From Octopus bimaculoides (lineage: Eukaryota): 64,000 nt of DNA. The stretch lies in contig NC_068981.1 of the NCBI RefSeq assembly GCF_001194135.2, positions 35,519,358 through 35,583,357 on the forward strand, read 5' to 3'. Positions 40,301 to 51,400 of the stretch are shown in pieces (position 1 is the first letter of the stretch; each line of letters starts with the position of its first letter). The notes beneath the pieces are model-generated. The model was not told the DNA's origin and made no database searches. It worked only from the letters and a program-made list of their open reading frames with translations. A program made the position numbers and the translations under genes.

Positions 40301-43300
40301 GTGTGGTGGTTAAAGTAACTCAGTGGTCCTAACGTTAGTCAGCTAAGATTCAATCATGCTGAGCTGGTAGAAAATAAAGTGAGATAATTAATCAGATGAA
40401 GACGTCAAGTCTTACTTAATATCTCATACCTTGAAAGAATCATTGGTAACTTATTTAGAAAGAAGTGTGAAGTTCTGCTTGTGCTGATATAGTATGGAGG
40501 TGATCAATCAAATACTCAGAAATCATTTCTTAAGTTTTAGTTGTTTAGCTCCGAGTCACTTCTGAACGAGTAGATCTTTGATCAAGGGTCTATCCGACTG
40601 TGGCCATCATGGTAGGATGTTATCTCTTGCATTTTTAACGATAACTTACGTTCCTAGTTGGCACATCAAAGCACCAATGGAACCGCTGGTAGCACTATCG
40701 CGCGCATACGCAAATACTTGTTCAAGGGGAACAACTCTTTACTGCTATTTCATGTTAAAAAAAATCAAAATATATGTATGGCTTGAGAGCAACATGGTTA
40801 ACTATAGTTTTAAGGATTGTGGAAATACTGCGAATGGTCAATGTCATCCGTTGGCTCATCTAGGCAGTAAAACTACATTACAAACAGCCAGCCACCCACT
40901 AAGGCTGTTTAGGTACAATAGGAGTGTTTGAAACAGTCAATATTTTTGCCATGTTATGATTAATTTTTTTTTGTAATTTCTCTTGCAATTTCAGTCAGAT
41001 TACTGGAAAGTTGTTGAAGAAGCGTCATCACATGTTGTTGTCCAGTGTGGACATATTAACTCAGGGAACCAGGGAACATTCTTTCCTTGCAAGAAAGATA
41101 GCCCATACACCAAGTAAGTTTAATGATAATTATGAATTTGTTGAGTCAATGGTTGACCCATAGGGAGCTAATCTCAATGTTTTATGATATCCAGTTTGGT
41201 AGCTTAATGTTTGTTCTGTGTGACTGCTACTTGGACTTTAGCAAGTCAGTCAAAATGCTTAGCTGTATTTCTTGTGACTATGTTTTGCTGGTGTAGCAGT
41301 ATCTTCATTGACTATTACAAGGATAGAGGAGAGGCTGTAGTAAGAGTAAGTTATAGGAGGTATCAAGTTGATGTCTCGGTTATGAAAGATATTGGAAGAG
41401 TCACAGCATAACTAATTAGGATGAGAATTAGTCTGGATAAAATGCAGTTTGGCTTGGTGCTGGGAAGAGGTACTTCTAATATTCTCTTCCTTGTAAAACA
41501 ACTGGAGAAGTTTTTAATGAGGCATAGTATCTAGCACTCATTGACTTATAAGGCCTTTGGAAAGGTTTCATGTTCTTAATCTGATGGTCACTAATCTATA
41601 GTTAAGTATATGGAAATATGAACTAATGGGGGCCTCATGGAGGCAAAGGGCTGAGTTCCTTTAGAGTTTTGGGCCTCATGGAAGCAATGACCAAGACCTT
41701 TGGCATTATGTCGTGCTTGAGAAGACCCATGAAGCCGAGCAAAATCACAGTCATGGCAGATACTAGTATCACACAGATTGGCACCCGTGCAGGTGGCACA
41801 TAAACACACCCCGGTGTCATGCAAATGGCACCTGTGCTGGTGGCATGTAAAAGCATCCGTTACACTCTCAGAGTAGTTGGCATTAGGAAGGACATGCAGC
41901 CATAGAAAACCATGCTAAATCAGACTGGAGTCTGGTGCAACCTTCCTGCGTGCCAGCCCAGTCAAATTGTCCAACCCATGCCAGCATGGACAATAGACGT
42001 TAAATGATGATGATATGTTCTGAGTTCAAATATCATTGAGGTTGACTTTGCTTTTTATTCTTTTGTGGTAGGTGAAATAATTACCAGTTGAGTACTTGGG
42101 TTGATTGAATTGACTACTCCTCTCCCTTAGAATTGCTGGTCTTGTGCCAAAATTTGAAACTAATATTCTAATGCCATTAAATGTGTTCATGTTATACTTG
42201 TTATATTTTGGAGCATGATTTATGTAACTGAGTCTCTATCATCCTCATGACATCCAGACTTATTTTTTAAGCATTCTTTGGAGCTGAATATTTTCAATTA
42301 TATTAAGTTCATTTAGGAATTATTTTGGTGAGTGAAGGAATAAGAATTCATAAGTCATATGTTCTCTTTAGCCATTGTGTTGATCTCTGTAAATATCTCA
42401 CCTAGAAGTCAATGGCAGGTGGTTACAATCCTAAAAGTCTGTGTGTGTGTGTGCTGGGATGTTGGTTTTAAACTGATGGAGAAGGGGATATAGGATTATA
42501 TGCTTCTAAATAGGTAGCCTCTTGAAATGCTATCTATATTTCAGGTCTCTCATTCCACCAAATGAGAATTTTTTACACTCTCAGAAACAGTGGCACTATT
42601 CAAGGAGTAGAGCAGTGTTGGAAGTAACATCCTCATTTAAGATCTGGTGTGAATGCTTCCAAAAGAGTAACTTCCACTAAAAGCACCCTGAATCGTGACA
42701 GTGTTAAAGTAGGTGATAAGTAGACCTACATCCCAACTTAGATTTAGTTGGTTTTATATGAATTGATGATGATGGCGATGATGGCAGTTATTTATATATA
42801 TTTGCCTTAATGTCCTTTATATTATATCTATTATATCCTTTGTATAAATTGTTCATATATTGAAAACTGCTATGTCTCTTGTTAGTTATCTAGATACATA
42901 CGAATGTATAACAGTTTGGTAGGTAGGTGCTATTTTTAATGAAAAGAATACTTTTCTACTTAAGACTTCTACTTATTGTTGTTATTGGCCATATTGACTA
43001 TCACTCTAAATTTAAACAGATGTGGTTAAGCAATGTTATTTAACTGATTTCTGGAATGTAAAAAGAATGGCTCCATTGATTTTGATGTCAATAATATATA
43101 ATAGTTTCTATTTACTTAACTGTAGCTGTTTGTATTGTTTATTTCAGACATGGCTGGAACTTCAATGTATTATCTCAAAATCCTTTATCAGTATTAAGAC
43201 ATTTGGGACCAATACCTGGTGAGTGGTGACATTCATTTTACTATTGTAAATCTTTGTACTTTAAATAATTTCATTTATTACATAATAGATGAACAAAAAT

Positions 43301-45463
43301 ATTTGTGTAGATAAACAATATTATGTGATACCATTTTGTTTTCAAATCTTTTAATTCTTATTCAAAAAAGTGAGAAATGGTATAAAATTTAGCAATTAAC
43401 TTAATACACTTAAATTGAGAATTCTGAAAAGGTTATTCTCCCTCTTAACAATACAGCAAATCATTGTTTGACCCCCAAAATCACTTTCTCAGATTAAATA
43501 TTCATCAAGGTTATTGTTTCTGAATGCATGTTATTAAAAAGATGCTAAAACATTTTCATAATTTTCAAACCTTATTTTCTTTAAATGCATTGAATGCTTA
43601 ATGGAAACCAACAAGGGAATCTGTGTACTTGGTCCCCTTGCTGAATGTTAGTAGCAAAAACTTGTTCATCACCCTTCTGGTTACTAAAAAGAAGGGCATA
43701 TAAGATAATGTAGTCCTATGTACACTATGCTTGATAAAAGACAACATAATGGTCACAGGTGGGACCGTCTTTTATCTTTTACTTGTTTCATTCATTGAAT
43801 GCTGGCCATACTGGGGCACCATTTTGAAAGGTGTGGTCAAACAAATTGGTACTTATTCTGTTGGTTTCTTAACCATTAAGTTATGAGGTCACAAACAAAC
43901 TCTGGTTTTCAAGTTGTAGTATGATGAAATATTTGGGAGTAACATTCAACTGCTGACTCTAGCTTTATTGTTATCATTGTTTAGCCTCAGGTCAGTCTTA
44001 ATTAAGCGAGAGTATCAAAGCGGTTTCAGCTGTGACAAAATTGTCTTTATAAAAGTATCTACAACTGCCTTATCTTGTCTGCTCCTCTCCTTTTTTAAGA
44101 TGGTAGGATGTGATATTAAGGATTTGGCTCTTTCTAGCAGGTCATGTTGAGACTTCTTCATTGGCTCAACATTTCTCAGTTCTGATCTGTAATCAAACTG
44201 TACAGAATGTGATGCAAAGTGTAGTTGTGTGTACTGTAACAAATACAAGATGAATCTACATTTGTCTGACTGCTGATTGTACTGCTAATGGCCAAAGTGA
44301 ATATGAGCTAGCCAAGATTGCTCATTCTTTTCAGAATTTATCATAAATTTTATGAATTCCACTGAGAATATAACCAAAAGATTAGCTATTAATGAATGTA
44401 ATTATTCTTTATTAAAAAAGTATTTTCTTTGTTTAGGTGTTACACTGCCTGTGCTCCATATTGGAATGTTATTCACAACTTCATGCTGGTCAACCAGCAG
44501 ACACAGCTTGCCCTACATCCATTATTTACATACTGGGGCTGATCTCATTTGGTAAGTAACAAGGATTTCTCATATTTCTTTGTAATAATAGGTGCAGGCA
44601 TGACTGTGTTGTTAAGAAGTTTGTTTTGCAACCACATGGCTTGTGATTCAATCCTCTGCATGAGCAAATTCCTTCAGCTATAGCCTTAGGTTGACCAATG
44701 CCATGTGAATGAAATTTAGTAGATGGAAACTGTATAGAAGTTCTGTGTGTGTGTATGTGTTTGCCTCCGTGTATCTTCACAATAGTGCCTTGGCTGATGG
44801 TGGGATTTAATATGACCTGCATAAACAATATATCTAGTAGCTCAGGAGTTTTATCATGTGAAGACCAAGGGAATGATGTACCTTACTTGAAAACTCATAC
44901 AGTTTGGTTTCAGATAAGACCTCTGGCTATAAATACAGCCTAAAGAAGTTTTGGTCAACAGATTGTCAGTGTTGAAAAATGAACATAGAAACAATGATTG
45001 TTGTGTTGGTGCCGTCATTGTTGGCTGTTTGCTGTAGTATTTTTCTGTTTCTTATGACTGAGCTAAGAGAACAGCTTTTACATTTGGTATTAATATCTTT
45101 GTACACATGGAAATCAAAAATGTTTTAAACATATCATATTCTACCTGAGACAGAAACTATGGTTGGTTTTGAGCAAGCCAGTTTATTAGAAAGACACTTG
45201 TTTTGGTAAATATTTATAATTGGAAACTTGTTCAACTCATAAATATAAAAGACATGGCTGTCTGGATAAATGAGTTTATAATATTAAAATGTTAGGTTGT
45301 ATATATTTTTCTTGTCATTCACAATTTTACAAGCTTGTAATTGGTTATATCATAGTTTAGGACTTCTCAAATACTTTTATTACTACATTCTGGTCTTGAA
45401 GTGGAACTAGAACCCAAGTCCTTACTAATTATATCTTTAAAAATTTCATCAAAACCCAATATA

Positions 45464-45494
<31 letters not shown>

Positions 45495-48400
45495 GCATGT
45501 ACACACACATCTTGGATTTTTAGTGTGTATTTTAATCTAATCTTATCCCATTAACAGGTATTCCATTCCAAAGCAACTGAAGCAGAATCTAAAAGCAGCA
45601 ATCAAAGAACTTGTTCCAGGTCATGTGTGGGATGATGACGGCTGGTTCAAAGAAGATTTTATTATGGTATATTTTCATTATGCATTTGAACTATTATCAT
45701 AAAAGAAACCATCATTATTATTGTTGTCGTCATCATTATAATTATCTTCATCATAATCCATCATTACGATCCAACAGTTTCATTGGTAAATATTTGTTTA
45801 GCCCAAGGCCAACTCTGATTGAGTAAATCTTTGGTCAAAAGTATTTCTACCTTGATCATGCAGTCTTTTCTCAGACATAGTGTATCTAGGACTACATTAT
45901 CCATTATTTTAAAGCAATAAACTGTAATTGGAAAGAGATTTGTTTGCTGTTCTGATTGGTGTGACATTTGCTTGAATGACACTTCTCTTCCAGCCAAATT
46001 TGTTCCATCTATTTGTATATTAGAGATTACATAATCCAATGTATCCTTCTTTGTTTTAAGATACTTTAGCCCATTACTCACCATGTAGCATAAGCCATTG
46101 ACAACTTTGCTCCTCTGTTCTTGATCCTGGGCTCTTTTCTGCTTCTCTCCAGTCGGATTCCTACATTTGTGAGTCTACCTCAGTATCCTGCATGTTTCTC
46201 TGAGGGAAAGGCCTTCTTCTCCCAGGTCTTGCTTTTAGATTGTCATCAGTGTTTCTGTAACTTTGATGTTTTCTAGGTAGGGATGTTGGCCCTATACAGA
46301 TTCATTTTTACTTCTGAGAAGTGGTGGTCCATATTAGTCTGGCCTCTATCCTTTGATCTGTCTAGCATGGGAGGCCTTAACCAGAGGCTTGCACTCCACT
46401 GGCAAAGCTCTCAGGGTCAGTGAAACACACAAACCACCACACTGCAACAAGGACTGGAACTTGCAATAGTTTTAAGATGGTAGTGCTAAGTTTGAGGCAT
46501 ATTTGGCTGCTATTTCTAGCAGGCTAACTGCGCAGTGACTTTGTTGGAACATATCTCTAGAACAGAATAGCTAGCAGTCAGTTGTAAGTTTGGGAGGAAT
46601 CATCATCATCATCATCGTCATCCGCTTTCCATGCTAGCATGGGTTGGATGATTTGACTGAGAACTGGTGAAACCAGATGGCTACACCAGGCTCCAATCTG
46701 ATTTGGCAGAGTTTCTACAGCTGGATGCCCTTCCTAACGCCAACCACTCCGAGAGTGTAGTGGGTGCTTTTATGTGCTACCGGCACGAAGGCCAGTCAGG
46801 CGGTACTGGCAACGGCCACGCTCAAAATGGTGTATTTTACGTGCCACCTGCACAGGAGCCAGTTTGGCGGCACTGGCAACGATCTCGCTCGAATGTCTTT
46901 ACACGTGCCATGACAATTAAGCTTACAGGGACACTAGTACAGTGTTTACAGTATTTGGTTGTACAGCCTTATAGTGTTTATTTGCAGCAGAATGAAGGCA
47001 CATGGCTTAGTGGTTAGGGTATTCAGCTCATGAGTTTCATTCCCAGTGGTGCCTTGCGTCCGTCCTTCAGCAAGGCACTTCATTTTACGTTGCTCCAGTC
47101 CACTCAGCTGACAAAAAGAAGTTGTACTTGTAATTCAAAGGACCAGCTTTGTCATATAGTGTGTCATGCTGGATCTCCTTAAGAAATATGTTATGGGTGT
47201 GTGCGTCTGTGGAGTGTTCAGCCACTTGCACATTAATTTCACAAGCAGGCTGTTTCATTGAGCGGTTCAACTGGAACCCTTGTCATCATAACCATGCAAT
47301 TTATTTGCAGTATTTTCAGCAGAAGTTTTGTGGTGAATTGAGTGCTTTTGCTAAATTCATTGTCATGAAAAGAAATGAGCTAGCATTTTTTTTTAAATGC
47401 CATTTAATATATATTTACACAGTTATTGGATAAAATAAATTACCTTGCAAGAAATATATCAAGTTAAAGTAATTAATTCTAAGTGATAAATATTTTCATC
47501 TTCATTTTCACTTTCAATTTGAATTTTCAGTAAATTTATTTACTTATGTTCTTTCAGATGAATCCTGAACTATTGGTTAGAAAAGGAGTATCTGTTGGCC
47601 GAATTGTTCAGAAACAGCACCAGTTTGTAGTTGTATTCCCATTTACTTACACGGCATCTTTAAACTGTGGCTTTAGTATCTCAGAATCATTGCCATATGC
47701 CACTCCAGATTGGCTTCCACTTGGACAAGCTATTGCTCAGGTAATTAATGCAGCATTTGCTTTCCTCAGTCTATGTCTCTTTTAATTTTTAGCACTTGAA
47801 AACCTGTTCACAATTGTTTAGAGAGATATTATTTATATATGTGGGTGCATGTACATGCATGCACACACAAACACACACACACACATCATCATCATTAAAC
47901 GTCTGTTGTTCATGTTGGCATGGGTTGGATGGTTTGATCAGGGCTGGCAAGTTGGAAGGCTGCATCAGAGTCCAATCTGATTTGGTATGGTTTCTACGGT
48001 TGGATGCCCTTCCTAATGCCAACCACCCTGAGAGTGTAATGGGTGCTTTTGTATGAGTTGTAAAGTATATTAAAATAGTGCAAACATTATCTGATACAGA
48101 ACCCAGTACATTGGGTAGAATGGATAGATATTTTTATGTATATATATATATATATATATATATAAAGTGAAGTATATTGCCACTTAAATGTGGCTGACCC
48201 CTAGGGGTGGATGTTACTGTTGCTTTTAGCCCCAGGAGGACATCTCCTCCAGCTGGCTTATCGACACACGACTGTGTCCTGTTTGCCAAGGGAAGTTATC
48301 CCTCCCATCGAAATCTGTCGCACGAACGGACCCGGGTTTCAGGGTTATTTCCCTTTGTCGGCGTCCGATCTGCGATGACAGAGATAAATTCTTGGCAATC

Positions 48401-51400
48401 TTATGTACCTTTTTCCAGTGAAATTCTTCACTGATATCGAAAAAGTGAAAACAAGCAATGTTAATTCTCTAAATTAGGTATTAACAGTAACTGCACGATA
48501 AAGTGAAGTATATTGCCACTTAAGTGTGGCTGACCCCTAGNNNNNNNNNNNNNNNNNNNNNNNNNNNNNNNNNNNNNNNNNNNNNNNNNNNNNNNNNNNN
48601 NNNNNNNNNNNNNNNNNNNNNNNNNNNNNNNNNNNNNNNNNNNNNNNNNNNNNNNNNNNNNNNNNNNNNNNNNNNNNNNNNNNNNNNNNNNNNNNNNNNN
48701 NNNNNNNNNNNNNNNNNNNNNNNNNNNNNNNNNNNNNNNNNNNNNNNNNNNNNNNNNNNNNNNNNNNNNNNNNNNNNNNNNNNNNNNNNNNNNNNNNNNN
48801 NNNNNNNNNNNNNNNNNNNNNNNNNNNNNNNNNNNNNNNNNNNNNNNNNNNNNNNNNNNNNNNNNNNNNNNNNNNNNNNNNNNNNNNNNNNNNNNNNNNN
48901 NNNNNNNNNNNNNTATATATATGTGCATGTAATTTTGTGTGTCTGTGTTTGTCCTCCCACCATCACCTGACAACTGATGTTGGTGTCTTTATGCCCCCAT
49001 AACTTAGTGGTTTGGCAAAAGAAACCGATAGAAAAAGTACTAGGCTTACAAAAAATAAGTCCTAGGGTCAATTTGTTCGACTAAAGGCAGTGCTCTAGCA
49101 TGGCCACAATCAAATAACTGAAACGGGTAAAAGAATAAAAGAATATACTTATACATATATAAAATCATGTTAATTGAAATTTCTTCTGTTCTAGGTTTTG
49201 CGAAAGAATTGTTTATGGCCAGAGATGTTTTCTTTGGATTCTTTGCTCCGACATATGGTGAAAACTGAGCCTGCTGTCTCTGAGGAATTGTTAATGCAAG
49301 CCATTCCATTTTTAATAAAAGCCATGTGAGTATCAACAATGACAACTTAACTCACACAATAAACTGTAGGTTTGTGTCAGTTCATGAATGCAGGTTTATA
49401 CCTCTTGTATGTGTAGTGGACTGTTGGGTTTTAATCTTAAAAATATCAAAGTCTAAATTTGTGTAACATTCAACGACTTACAGTTTTAAAAATCTCAAAT
49501 AAAATAGAAAGCTTGAAATAATATGTAAACTATCTTTTTAATGATCTATGAAGATATTTATTGCCACCATCACACGTCACTTTTACCATGTTTGCATGGA
49601 TTGGGTATATCTTTACTAGCACAGCATCTTGCTACTTATTATAACTATTGAAAAAATAAAAATTGAAGGGAAACTATATGTAGATCTTCTGATGTCTAAG
49701 CAGTAAAGGAAGAGAGGGTGGTTCTGGTTGGGATGTTTTTGATCATAGGTCTGCTTGATCCTATTGTTGAATAACAATGAAGAAGCAAGATAGAGTGGTG
49801 ATGGGTGAGGCTTAACAGTTTACAAGTCTCCAAGAATACAAACACTGATAAAACTAAATGGAATATTTTGGTTAAGTGTTTAGTAGGGAATCTCATTGAA
49901 ATTCAGTTAAGGTAAAGGAAGGTGGAGGTGGTGTTAGTGCAGCAGATGAAGTTTTATATGTTGTATGGTGACTAGTTTGGAGATGCAGAGACAATTGCAT
50001 TTGCAGTATGCTAGAGAGAGAGGACACATTCCAACTATGCATTAAAAGCTTGCCCAGTGGTAAGATAAATTTTTATGTAGATGCCATTAATACTGTGTAT
50101 ATGTATGATAGTTGCTCTGATCTTGCAATGTGAACAATAATCAAATGTAGGTGTTAATCTTTGTAAATGTTTAGGTGTTCAAGCTGAAATAATTTTTTTA
50201 TTTATTCATTTTTGTTTTGGCTATAGGAAGGTTGTCTGTAAAAGATCTTTTTACATCTCCAGAAATAACTGTGATATTTTCCTTTTTTAATATTTGTATC
50301 TCTGTCTTTGGCAGCAAGCTGACAGAATCCTCTGTACACTGGATAAAATGCTTAGTGACATTTCGTCCGTCTTTACATTCCCACTTCAAATTCCACTGAG
50401 GTTTGCCTTTCATCCTTTCAAGGTTGATAAAATAAGTACCAGTTGAACACTGGGCTTAATGTAATCAATTTACCCCTATCTCCTGGAAATGTTGACCTTG
50501 TGCTGAAATTTGAAATCAATATTTGCATGTCTTAAGGCAGCAAGCTGGCAGAATCATTAGCACACCGGGCAAAATGCTTAGTAGCATTTCATCTGTCTTC
50601 ATGTTCTAAGTTCAAATTCTGCTGAGGTTGACTTTGCCTTTCATCCTTTTGTGGTTGATAAAATAAGTAGCAGTTGAGTACTGAGATCAATGTAACTGGC
50701 TTCTCCCTCTCCCACTATCCTCTGAAATTGCTAGCTTTGTGCCAATATTTGTATCTGTCTGTTATATTATCAGAGAACATGAACTATCATTGAGGAAACA
50801 ACTTTACGATGCTGGTCTGAAGAATTCTGCACGAATGAATGCTCATGAACCTTTAGTGTCCTCTTTCAAACGTAAGCGTGCCAATGACGGAAGCAGTGAA
50901 AATAGATGCGAAGTCTACAAAAGGATTTGCTACTTTTCCATGGTAAAATAATTTGTTTGTTATTGTGTGACAACTATTTAATTTTCTCAAACTTATTTTC
51001 ATTTAATTAATTAATGAGGCGTTCTGGTATTCATAAGCTTTTCATGTTCTAAAGTACTTTGGGACCCCTGGAGCTAATGTGACTACACCCCTTTGAAATT
51101 TCTCAGGAAAACACTTTATTCCTTAGTGTTTAGCAATTTTGGACATATTTCATTATTATTAAACTGTGTCAGCTAAACACTGTCAAACAATGTCTTCAAC
51201 ATACAGATTGTTCTGTTAAATATAAAGCTTATTTATTCAAATTATTTTGAATTAATCATGCATTGTCTTGTAGCTTTGCGATTTTGATGAGGTGACTGTT
51301 TATTTTTAGGATGACTTTGTTGGGTTGGTGTGAGAGGCCAAATTTGGCCAGTTTAAATATAAAACATGTTGAATATTTTGGTTACACATGGCCATTTTAA

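Noticed and set aside
46667-47017. Recurrent ORFs such as [27 protein letters not shown] (also 23078, 1593, 47789)
   Set aside because: Chance frames within family A repeat copies, not a gene family.
48461-49071. Long ORFs of 148-183 aa
   Set aside because: Artefacts of translating the N gap.
51266-51285. Short imperfect complement to the exon 18 sequence around the TAC codon (possible editing-complementary sequence)
   Set aside because: Only about 15 nt with a bulge and wobbles, and it is part of a MITE consensus; too weak to claim without folding and editing data.
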